From the NCBI GenBank assembly GCA_017465945.1, contig JAFTVD010000015.1, positions 28,290 through 92,289 of the forward strand: 64,000 nt of DNA, read 5' to 3'. This stretch comes from Alphaproteobacteria bacterium (GTDB lineage: Bacteria; Pseudomonadota; Alphaproteobacteria; RF32; CAG-239). The notes beneath the pieces were generated by a model. That model saw nothing but the letters and a program-made list of their open reading frames with translations. It was not told the DNA's origin and did not search any database. Position numbers and translations under genes: made by a program. Shown piece by piece: positions 1-7,986 of the stretch; position 1 is the stretch's first letter; each line of letters opens with the position of its first letter.

Positions 1-620
1 TTTAATTTCAAAATCAAATCTAATATCTGCTTTTGCACTGTAACATCAAGAGCTGTTGTTGGTTCATCTAAAATCAAAACTTTGGGATTATTACTAACCG
101 CCATTGCAATCATAACTCTTTGTCTTTGCCCGCCAGATAACTCAAAAGGATACGCATTCATTCTTTCTTTAGCATTATCAATTCCAACCAATTTAAGCAA
201 ATATCTAGCTCTAGCCAATGCTGTCTTTTTAGATATATTTTTATGTTCTAAAATAACTTCTGCTATTTGTTCACCAACTTTCATTAATGGATTTAATGAA
301 CTCATCGGTTCTTGAAACACCATACCAATTTCACTACCTCTAATTTCATTTAACTCTTTATCGCTAAAAGATGTTAACTCCTCACCATTAAACACAATCG
401 AATTAGTACTCTTATATAAAACTTTTTTATTATCAATTAACCCCATAATAGAAAGCGCACTAACAGATTTTCCCGACCCACTCTCTCCAACAATAGCTAA
501 AACCTCTCCTTCATATACCTTAAAGCTACTATTATAAACAGCCGAAAATAAGCTACCATCTTCTTTGATAAAGCGGACATTTAAACTTCTAACATCTAGC
601 ACTGGTTCTTTTATTATCAT
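1..620 (-). CDS. yejF: ABC transporter ATP-binding protein, N-terminal part (YejF/OppD-like). The CDS runs off the window start.
   Basis: My own minus-strand translation from the ATG at 620 gives MIIKEPVLDVRSLNVRF..GESGSGKS (Walker A)..LSGGQRQRVMIAMA (signature)..LILDEPTTALD (Walker B). The ATG overlaps the yejE stop (ATGA). Confidence 0.7.
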   Translation of the reverse strand, partial: MIIKEPVLDVRSLNVRFIKEDGSLFSAVYNSSFKVYEGEVLAIVGESGSGKSVSALSIMGLIDNKKVLYKSTNSIVFNGEELTSFSDKELNEIRGSEIGMVFQEPMSSLNPLMKVGEQIAEVILEHKNISKKTALARARYLLKLVGIDNAKERMNAYPFELSGGQRQRVMIAMAVSNNPKVLILDEPTTALDVTVQKQILDLILKL

Positions 621-1639
621 TTTCTTTTATCCCAAGCATCACGAACACCTTCACCAATAAATATGAGCGAAGTCAACAATATTGATAACACAAAAAACAC
701 ACTCAATCCAATCCAAGGAGCTTGTAAATTATCTTTTCCTTGTCTAACCAAATCACCAATAGAAGGATATTCTTGTCCTAAACCTAGTCCTAAAAAATCA
801 AGCGCTGTTAACGCCACAATACCACCAGCTAAAATAAAAGGTACAAACGTAATCGTTGTAACCAATGCGTTAGGTAAAATATGCCTCCAAATAATTCTAA
901 AATGTGAAACACCTAAAGCCCTAGCAGCCTTTACATATTCAAAATTTCTAGCTCTTAAAAATTCCGCCCTAACAAGCCCTGTTAACTCACTCCAAGAAAA
1001 CAACAAAAGTATAAAAATCAACACCCAAAAACTAGGCACAAAAACACTAGCCACAATAATCAAAACAAACATCTGTGGCATAGAATCCCAAATCTCTATC
1101 ACACGTTGTAAAATAATATCCGTTTTACCCCCAAAATACCCCTGAATAGCCCCCACGCTAATTCCAATAACAGAAGACAAAAACGTCAAAATAAAAGAAA
1201 ACAAAAAAGACAACCTAATTCCATATAAAAGCCTAGCTAAAATATCACGCCCTTCTTCATCCGTTCCTAGCCAATGCCTTTTAGATGGCTTTGCTGGAAA
1301 AGGTTCATTTAATTCATAATCCACCGTATTATATGAAAATTCAATCAACGGCATAATCATATAGCCATTTTGATTAATATTATCTTTGATAAAACTATCT
1401 TTGTAATTAGCTTCTGTCGGAAAATCTCCGCCAAATTTAGCATCAGTATACACTTTTACAACAGGAAACAAAAACTCTCCATCATATTTAACTAAAATAG
1501 GTTTATCATTTGCAATAATTTCAGAAAAAAGAGACAACAAAAACAATATGCACATTATAAAAAATGCAACTCTAGAACGTTTATTTTTGATATATTTACT
1601 TAGTTTCATAAAATTTTGCCTAAAACAATTAAATGACAC
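617..1639 (-). CDS. yejE: ABC transporter permease, YejE-like (microcin C/oligopeptide type)
   Basis: 340 aa. It resembles my recollection of YejE across most of its length (IANDKP.., WLGTDEEGRDILARL, VRAEFLRARN.EYVKAARALGVS, QGKDNLQAPW, GEGVRDAWD). Confidence 0.8.
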   Translation of the reverse strand: MSFNCFRQNFMKLSKYIKNKRSRVAFFIMCILFLLSLFSEIIANDKPILVKYDGEFLFPVVKVYTDAKFGGDFPTEANYKDSFIKDNINQNGYMIMPLIEFSYNTVDYELNEPFPAKPSKRHWLGTDEEGRDILARLLYGIRLSFLFSFILTFLSSVIGISVGAIQGYFGGKTDIILQRVIEIWDSMPQMFVLIIVASVFVPSFWVLIFILLLFSWSELTGLVRAEFLRARNFEYVKAARALGVSHFRIIWRHILPNALVTTITFVPFILAGGIVALTALDFLGLGLGQEYPSIGDLVRQGKDNLQAPWIGLSVFFVLSILLTSLIFIGEGVRDAWDKRK

Positions 1640-1694
1640 TTAAATTTAATACACAACATTCAATAAGGCAAGTTTTTATTAAACTTTAATCAGA

Positions 1695-4175
1695 TTAAAA
1701 ATCAAGCTCCAAATCTATTAAGCTATCATCAGTATTTTCTAGATCCTTTGGCTCTTCAGTTTTAACTTCTTCTACCTCTGTCTCTTCAGCTTTAGCCTCT
1801 TCTACCTTTGGCTCTTCTGTTTTAACTTCTTCAATCTTTGGTTCTTCTGCTTTAACATCTTCAGCCTTTGGTTCTTCTGCTTTAACATCTTCAACTTCTG
1901 TTTCTTCTGTTTTAACCTCTTCAGCCTTTGGTTCTTCCGTTTTAACCTCTTCAACCTCTGGCTCTTCTGCTTTAACCTCTTCAGCCTTTGGTTCTTCTGC
2001 ATCAACATTTTTTACTTCTGGTTCATCTATTTTTGCCTTTTCTTCTATTACATCAAAAATATCCCCTTCTAAATCAATATATTCCTCCTCATCTTTTACC
2101 TCTTTAACACCTAAAGGCAATTTTCTATCATTTTCAATAATATCTTCTTCAACATTAATAATCAAATCATCTGTTGGAATAAAGATATTATCTTTTGATA
2201 CTTTACGATCATATTCTTGTTTTATTTGTAACATAGTTTCCTTTTCTTTTTGTTTACGAGCTTGTCTAGCCAATTCTTCTTGTCTTTCTTTTTCAAGATT
2301 TTCTTGCTCTCTTTTCAAACGTTCTTGATATTCAACATTATTTTTCTTAAAATTCTCATACCAATCACGATAATTAACCGCTATACTATTAATTCTTCCC
2401 CCTCTAATAACAGAATTATTAATAAGATTTTTCTTCAAATTACTAGCATCTTTTTCATCAATTTTCATATTGTCTATTGAATAACAAAAATCTTGGAAAC
2501 TAATCAAACTCTTAGTAAAATCACTAGCCAAACAAATATTAGCATTAATCATAAACTTAGGCTCTTTAGACTTCCTAATACCAAGTCCAATTAATTTATC
2601 AGTAACAAAATTACCATACTTACCACCTGTCATTCCACCTAATTCACGAATAGAACTAACCCCCTGTACAATAATATCAGTCTTATCCAACTTATTATTC
2701 TTTTTTGTTTCATCAATAAAATCTTGCAACTTACCAATTAAACATTTAGTTTGCTCTGTATAGGCTTTTCTTTTCTCATCAATTCCGCCTCTTTCAATAC
2801 TATTATCTTTAAGTGCCACCCATTGATTTCTTGGCTTAATATTACAATACTCATCATAAATATAAATATCAGACGGTAAATCAACATACACAACATATAC
2901 CTGTCCATTAGAATCTCTTTTTATATCCTCATTCAGTCCATCAAAAACCTTATGCGCTCCTTCAATAGACACTCTTCTATTTTCTGATGTTACTTTATAC
3001 CCTTTCATCCAAGACATATTAGCAAAATCTCTAGCAATACTTCCCAAGCCTTTTTTATCAATATTTAATAACCATTCTGCTAATAGTGCATAAACATTAC
3101 TCTCTAGTGAACTATTTTTATTGTAAACAGAAACATTTTTATAACCTTTTATCACACATCTATCAGTATTAAATACCCCACTAGTCATACAAAAATTAAA
3201 TCCAGGCATTGAATATGTACTAATACCATAACCTGCTTTAGCAAGCATGCTATACATTTCATTTTTATCCAAGCCAAATACACTATTACCGCCATGTATA
3301 AAATTCCAACTATTAATAAATTCAGAATACCCTTTATTTCCTCTAGATGCCGACATATAATCTACATGGTTTAGAATATCTACAATATTTTCCATAGCCT
3401 CTTTCTCTTCAACAAAGGCATTAGGATATATCTCAAAATCATTTGTCGCAAAAAATCCAATTAATAAATTACGCAAATCCCTAAAATTAACATCTCTCAC
3501 CCCTCCTAAAAACTGATATGATGGAAATTTAGGTATCATAAAATAAACAATATTATTATTACGTTTTGCCCCAACATTTACACCTAATTCTTTAATAATC
3601 GGAAAATCTTCATTCACTGCTTTCAATGTTTCGTTTTTTCTAATACCAGATACTGTCGCAAACACAAATACCATTGTAAAAAACAACATCATAAATGTAT
3701 TGCGAAATGCAAAAAACACACCAATTCCAAGCAACAATCCAACAAGCCATGCCGATGGAATAACACAAATAAATGTTAACCAACTAGCTTTTTTCATAAG
3801 CCACGTTTCAACAAAATTATCTACATCAAATGTTGCAAATTGGTAATAAAATATTGCCACAAATAGCATAGTAAACAATGCACAAACAATATTTTGCATA
3901 TTTTTTGAAAAAGAAAATAAAAATATAATAACAAATGCTAAAACAAAACAAGCACCAGAAAGCACCATAACAGCCTGATTAAACACACCATCTTCTATAA
4001 GTTTTCCATTTATAGAATACACAAACATCACTAAATTAAGCACAAATAATGATGTAATATATAATACTCTTAATAGCTTATCATAAAAAAAGTTTCCCTC
4101 TCCGCTCCAGCTTGCAAAGCGACTTGATTTACTTTTTCTATTAAGAACCAATGGCTGAGTTACAATTTCGTTCAT
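1695..4175 (-). CDS. Multi-pass membrane protein with a large extracytoplasmic domain and a C-terminal acidic tandem-repeat tail. Function unknown.
   Basis: 826-aa ORF. About five N-terminal hydrophobic helices, a ~450-aa soluble region, then a coiled-coil/acidic tail. The TM-plus-soluble layout recalls sulfatase-type transferases, but I could not see the catalytic motifs. Confidence 0.6.
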   Translation of the reverse strand: MNEIVTQPLVLNRKSKSSRFASWSGEGNFFYDKLLRVLYITSLFVLNLVMFVYSINGKLIEDGVFNQAVMVLSGACFVLAFVIIFLFSFSKNMQNIVCALFTMLFVAIFYYQFATFDVDNFVETWLMKKASWLTFICVIPSAWLVGLLLGIGVFFAFRNTFMMLFFTMVFVFATVSGIRKNETLKAVNEDFPIIKELGVNVGAKRNNNIVYFMIPKFPSYQFLGGVRDVNFRDLRNLLIGFFATNDFEIYPNAFVEEKEAMENIVDILNHVDYMSASRGNKGYSEFINSWNFIHGGNSVFGLDKNEMYSMLAKAGYGISTYSMPGFNFCMTSGVFNTDRCVIKGYKNVSVYNKNSSLESNVYALLAEWLLNIDKKGLGSIARDFANMSWMKGYKVTSENRRVSIEGAHKVFDGLNEDIKRDSNGQVYVVYVDLPSDIYIYDEYCNIKPRNQWVALKDNSIERGGIDEKRKAYTEQTKCLIGKLQDFIDETKKNNKLDKTDIIVQGVSSIRELGGMTGGKYGNFVTDKLIGLGIRKSKEPKFMINANICLASDFTKSLISFQDFCYSIDNMKIDEKDASNLKKNLINNSVIRGGRINSIAVNYRDWYENFKKNNVEYQERLKREQENLEKERQEELARQARKQKEKETMLQIKQEYDRKVSKDNIFIPTDDLIINVEEDIIENDRKLPLGVKEVKDEEEYIDLEGDIFDVIEEKAKIDEPEVKNVDAEEPKAEEVKAEEPEVEEVKTEEPKAEEVKTEETEVEDVKAEEPKAEDVKAEEPKIEEVKTEEPKVEEAKAEETEVEEVKTEEPKDLENTDDSLIDLELDF
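1746..2000 (-). repeat. In-frame 30-bp tandem array (about 8.5 units) encoding EEPKAEEVK[AT]
   Basis: Protein tail reads AEEPKAEEVK AEEPEVEEVK TEEPKAEEVK TEETEVEDVK AEEPKAEDVK AEEPKIEEVK TEEPKVEEAK AEETEVEEVK TEEPK. The nucleotide periodicity is visible in 1740-2010. Confidence 0.9.
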
Positions 4176-4275
4176 ATCAGACCTCTATACATATACAAAT
4201 AATCTCATATGATAATCTATCATCTAATGTTAAAAAAAAGTTTAAAAAACCACTTCACTATAAAAAAAATACATC

Positions 4276-4303
4276 TTGAATTTTTATTTTTCCTACATAT
4301 AAT
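4276..4303 (+). promoter_or_regulatory. Sigma-70-type promoter for ssrA
   Basis: TTGAAT (4276-4281), 16-nt spacer, TATAAT (4298-4303). Located just upstream of the tmRNA precursor. Confidence 0.6.
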
Positions 4304-4310
4304 TACAAAC

Positions 4311-4615
4311 AGCTCATCTGAGCTATGATACGAAAAGCCGTATGAAATAGATATATTGGACCCGGGGGCGGTACCCGGCACCTCCACCAATTTTTTTAAG
4401 GGGGTGAAATAGGTTTGACAGTGTATAGTAAAGATATCTGTGCTGTATTCGGCAAGACACCACCGTTATCGGTTCAAATCAAATAAACGCAAATGATAAT
4501 TTTGCACCAGTTGCAGTAGCTGCTTAATTGTTAATGCAACGAACTAAAATTCTTTAGACATTGGTTTGCCTAAAGTGGGGGAGAAGCCACCTAGCAACAG
4601 AACGGCTCTTTATTT
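4311..4615 (+). ncRNA. ssrA: Two-piece (circularly permuted) tmRNA. Acceptor piece about 4311-4389, 10-nt intervening segment, coding piece about 4400-4615.
   Basis: T-arm CCGGG/GGCGGUA/CCCGG, then CACCUCC-A-CCA ending at 4389. GGGGGUG at 4400-4406 pairs with CACCUCC and gives the G3:U70 alanine identity pair. Tag frame 4489-4527 = GCA AAT GAT AAT TTT GCA CCA GTT GCA GTA GCT GCT TAA = ANDNFAPVAVAA*. GAAAAGCCGU (4332-4341) pairs with ACGGCUCUUU (4602-4611). Local GC is well above the intergenic background. Confidence 0.85.
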
Positions 4616-4639
4616 TAGTAATTGTTAAAGGGATTTAAA

Positions 4640-5104
4640 ATGACTGATTTTGTTAGTGAAATAAACTACGATAAATTAATAGAAAAATCATTAAAGCAAG
4701 TTGTGGTAGAAGCCCTAAAAATAGCTCAAAATCAAGGTCTTCCTGGTGAAAACCATTTTTATATTACATTTAAAACCAATCACCCCTTAACAATTATCCC
4801 TCAAGATTTATCAATACAATATCCAGAATCTATGACCATAGTATTGCAACATCAATATTCAAATTTAATGGTTACACCCGATTCGTTTTCTGTTGAATTA
4901 AGTTTTGGTGGGAAACTACAACTTTTAGTCGTTCCTTTTGATGCGATTACTTATTTTGCTGACCCTTATGCTAAATTTGGTTTAAGCTTCTCATTTTATG
5001 AAAATGGTGATGCTCATTCATTAGAAGACATAGAACCAGAAAGAAAAGTATCAGGAGAAACAGCTCAAATCATTTCTTTTGATAGTTTTAGAAAAAAACA
5101 ATAA
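4640..5104 (+). CDS. sspB: ClpXP specificity-enhancing adaptor SspB (alpha-proteobacterial type)
   Basis: HFYITFKT.., YPESMTIVLQHQY, FSVELSFGG, PFDAITYFADPYAKFGLSF and the C-terminal ClpX-binding-like tail IISFDSFRKKQ match my recollection of Caulobacter SspB-alpha. I chose the ATG at 4640 (AAAGGGA upstream) over the TTG at 4622. Confidence 0.8.
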   Translation: MTDFVSEINYDKLIEKSLKQVVVEALKIAQNQGLPGENHFYITFKTNHPLTIIPQDLSIQYPESMTIVLQHQYSNLMVTPDSFSVELSFGGKLQLLVVPFDAITYFADPYAKFGLSFSFYENGDAHSLEDIEPERKVSGETAQIISFDSFRKKQ

Positions 5105-5316
5105 TGAAAAAGTTTTCTATAATAATCGCCAATCGTCACGCAACAAGCATCTCTTTAGAAGAAGAGTTCTATGAAGTATTGGTAACTATTGCCAAAGAAA
5201 AAGGTATAACTATAAACGCTCTTGTTACCGAAATTGATACTCAAAGACAAAACCCAAACCTATCATCAGCTTTAAGAATTTATATATTAAAATACTTACA
5301 ACAAAAGATACAATAA
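5104..5316 (+). CDS. Ribbon-helix-helix domain protein (COG4321/RHH_4-like)
   Basis: 70 aa. HATSISLEEEFYEVL..IAKEKGITINALVTEID..NLSSALRIYIL fits the RHH_4 pattern. Its ATG overlaps the sspB stop (TAATG). Confidence 0.65.
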   Translation: MKKFSIIIANRHATSISLEEEFYEVLVTIAKEKGITINALVTEIDTQRQNPNLSSALRIYILKYLQQKIQ

Positions 5317-5321
5317 TTTAA

Positions 5322-6341
5322 TTATTCAATCTCAACATCTACTTCTGCAGTATCTTCTACAACAACTTCTTCAGCTTTCACTTCTTCTGCCACCACCTCA
5401 GGCGTAATCTCTTCAGCTTTTACTTCTTCTGTAACCACTTTAGAAACAACTTCTTCAGCTTTTACTTCTTCCGTAACCACTTTAGAAACAACATCTTCAG
5501 CTTTCACTTCTTCTGTAACCACCTCAGGCGCAACATTTTCTGTCTTAACTTCTTCCGTAACCACTTCAGGCGCAACATCCTCAGCTTTCACATCTTCCGT
5601 AACCACTTTAGAAACAACCTCTTCAGTTTTAACTTCTTCCGTAACCACTTCAGGCGCAACTTCCTCAGCTTTCACTTCTTCTGTAACAACTTCAGGCGCA
5701 ACTTCCTCAGCTTTTACTTCTTCTGCAACCACTTCAGGCGCAACTTCCTCAGTTTTTACTTCTTCTGTTACAACTTCAGGCGCAACTTCCTCAGCTTTCA
5801 CTTCTTCCGTAACCACTTCAGGCACAATCTCTTCAGTTTTAACCTCTTCAGGCACTACTTCAGATGAAACATCTTCAGTCTTAACTTCTTCAGCTACTTT
5901 TTTCTTAAATCCACCTTTTTTCTTCTTTAATTCAACAGCAATTTCTTCAAATTCATCATCACGAACAACTTTGCTATTATAATTTTCGCCTTTTACTCTC
6001 TGACTTTCAGCCTTTTCTTCTTCTAATTTTTCTTTAACTTTCTTCACATCATCCAAAATAACTTTTGGAACATATTGTGAATTACCGCTTTCAATAGCTT
6101 TTGTTACAAGTTCTAAACGTGTATCTTCATATTTCTTCTTATACCAATCTACAACAGACGATATTTCAACACCTTGACTCATCGGATAATAAGCCAAACC
6201 ACCTGCTATTAACAACAAAAAGAACAACACCCAAAACGGATGCTTTAATATATAAATCAACGCAAATATTGGAAAAGTAATGATACTTAAAACAATATAA
6301 AAAAACTTAAAAATCGTACTGCGTTCTCTTGTTGTACTCAT
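5322..6341 (-). CDS. Membrane-anchored protein with a long acidic 14-residue tandem-repeat tail. Function unknown.
   Basis: Two N-terminal hydrophobic helices, a charged coiled region, then 13 units of EEVK[AT]EEVAPEVVT. I chose the ATG at 6341 (MSTTRER) over the TTG at 6353. Confidence 0.7.
   Translation of the reverse strand: MSTTRERSTIFKFFYIVLSIITFPIFALIYILKHPFWVLFFLLLIAGGLAYYPMSQGVEISSVVDWYKKKYEDTRLELVTKAIESGNSQYVPKVILDDVKKVKEKLEEEKAESQRVKGENYNSKVVRDDEFEEIAVELKKKKGGFKKKVAEEVKTEDVSSEVVPEEVKTEEIVPEVVTEEVKAEEVAPEVVTEEVKTEEVAPEVVAEEVKAEEVAPEVVTEEVKAEEVAPEVVTEEVKTEEVVSKVVTEDVKAEDVAPEVVTEEVKTENVAPEVVTEEVKAEDVVSKVVTEEVKAEEVVSKVVTEEVKAEEITPEVVAEEVKAEEVVVEDTAEVDVEIE
5346..5891 (-). repeat. In-frame 42-bp tandem array (13 units) encoding EEVK[AT]EEVAPEVVT
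   Basis: I counted 13 consecutive 14-aa units in the translation. The units are imperfect at nucleotide level. Confidence 0.9.
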
Positions 6342-6430
6342 AACAAACCCCAAAAAATATTAAACATATAATATATTATAATCTCATTTACTTAAAACAT
6401 ATTTAATAAAACAAAGAAAATTACTTGAGA

Positions 6431-7945
6431 TTACTTATTTATGCGACAATCCTTAATGTATTCATCTTTTAATTCATAAATATTTGCAAACGAAGACTCT
6501 TTATAATAGGTATCAAGAATCTTCTTATCTAAATAATGCACGATTTCATGACGCCCAGCTTCTCTTGCAAATTTATTAAAATAATTACCTCCAAAAATAA
6601 ATCTTGGTTTATATTTTACTATTAATTCATTCATATTTGGCTTTGCTTCTAAACCAGATTTCTCTCCCACAACATCAAGTTGTCCAATCAACTGCCAATA
6701 ATAATGAGGATCTTTTCCAAAAATATTATACATAAAACCATCACCATTAAACACATAATCACAAGGACTAATTGTTCTTGTAATATAATCTGGTAAATAA
6801 GGCTTTTCCTTGCTATTTTTTATAATTTTCGCATGAAAAATTATAGCTTGATACAAAAAGTAGCAACCAGCAGCTATCACCACCACCCTAACAAGTCTAT
6901 TTTTATTATCCAACTTTGCCAATATTATAACAGATAAAATAACGCTAACATATAACAAAAACCAAAAATAATAAGTATATGGAGAAAAATAAAACATCCT
7001 TTGTAAAAGCTCTGTAACAAACAATAATGAAAGTACTTTCCAATACTTATTTTTTGAAAACAATGCTAATATAGAACTTAATATCCCTATATAAAACCAT
7101 ATTTTCATATAAGGCAAAAGCGAAACTACTTTATTTATTTCAAACCCTTCAACAAGATTTAAATTAAAAACAAAATTTGCCACATAATATAATTTGACCA
7201 TATCATGTACATACAAATATAAAAAGAAACTACCCAACATAACAAAAGGTGCAATTAACGCTTTTAGCAAATCTTTAACATAAATTTCTTTTTTTATCAA
7301 AAACCAAATTCCAGTACACCCCAACACAAAAAGAGGAAACAATGCTTTTTGAGCAAATAAAAAAGAAAGCATAAACCATATAAATGCAAAAATTAATTGC
7401 AAACTTTTTTTATCTCTCAAATATCTAAAATAATAAAAAATCCCCCCCATTAAACAAAATACCATATAATTATCAGGCCTAAAATCTATTGCAAAAACCT
7501 TATAAGTTGGAATTAATAACAAAACAGATGCCATTAACCCCCAAAATTTATTTGCTAAAAATTCCTCAACTATACGATATACATACACAAGTGATTTCAA
7601 AAACACTAAAAAAGAAATAAATGAAACAACCTCTGACAATGTTGCATTATAGTCAAATAATTTAGTAATCGGTGTAAAAATATACCATAACAAAGGATTA
7701 TGGTGCTGAAAAAAATCTTTGTAAGGAACAAGCCCTCTTGCCACCAAAACACTAGAATGAATATGCTCAATATTATCACCATTTTGTGTTGGAACAGATA
7801 AAATTACCATCAAATACAATAAAACAGATAATAATATTTCAACACCTATTATCCCATTCAAAACATACCTAAAAAATATAGTTTTCATTTTATTGTATAA
7901 AAACGTAGAATCTCTCATATTATTGTTCACATCCTCAAACAACAT
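6431..7945 (-). CDS. Polytopic membrane protein, probably a GT-C-fold glycosyltransferase (ArnT/PMT_2-like); tentative. Paralogue of 24056..25522.
   Basis: 504 aa with more than 10 hydrophobic segments. The first-loop motif HSSVLVARGLVPYKDFFQHHNPLLWY resembles the periplasmic-loop region of ArnT-type enzymes. The C-terminal soluble domain is shared with the paralogue (CDYVFNGDG..YNIFGKDPHYYWQLIGQLDV). Confidence 0.5.
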   Translation of the reverse strand: MLFEDVNNNMRDSTFLYNKMKTIFFRYVLNGIIGVEILLSVLLYLMVILSVPTQNGDNIEHIHSSVLVARGLVPYKDFFQHHNPLLWYIFTPITKLFDYNATLSEVVSFISFLVFLKSLVYVYRIVEEFLANKFWGLMASVLLLIPTYKVFAIDFRPDNYMVFCLMGGIFYYFRYLRDKKSLQLIFAFIWFMLSFLFAQKALFPLFVLGCTGIWFLIKKEIYVKDLLKALIAPFVMLGSFFLYLYVHDMVKLYYVANFVFNLNLVEGFEINKVVSLLPYMKIWFYIGILSSILALFSKNKYWKVLSLLFVTELLQRMFYFSPYTYYFWFLLYVSVILSVIILAKLDNKNRLVRVVVIAAGCYFLYQAIIFHAKIIKNSKEKPYLPDYITRTISPCDYVFNGDGFMYNIFGKDPHYYWQLIGQLDVVGEKSGLEAKPNMNELIVKYKPRFIFGGNYFNKFAREAGRHEIVHYLDKKILDTYYKESSFANIYELKDEYIKDCRINK

Positions 7946-7986
7946 CGGGTAAAAACCAAAATTTTCACCCTTTGTATTTTCTAATA

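Noticed and set aside
663-1145. A 160-aa plus-strand ORF inside yejE. Similar antisense or alternative-frame ORFs appear in the track, including 82..315, 2250..2480, 7972..8419, 10798..11025, 16212..16547, 26040..26696, 27635..28461, 29462..30652, 31486..31903, 36446..36977 and 59823..60908.
   Set aside because: They lie entirely within well-supported genes on the other strand or frame. Their composition is low-complexity (S/T/I/F-rich) and they have no motifs or RBS. These are typical shadow ORFs of an AT-rich genome.
1802-2008. A 68-aa ORF (KRLKQK repeats) overlapping the acidic repeat array
   Set aside because: It is the same tandem DNA repeat read in another frame on the same strand. The long ORF in the EEVK frame continues into a real N-terminal domain, so the alternative frame is an artefact.
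5346-5891. Regularly spaced repeats that could look like a CRISPR array (also 1746-2000)
   Set aside because: The units are contiguous with no unique spacers, they are in frame with long ORFs, and they encode a coherent acidic peptide repeat. No cas genes or leader are present.
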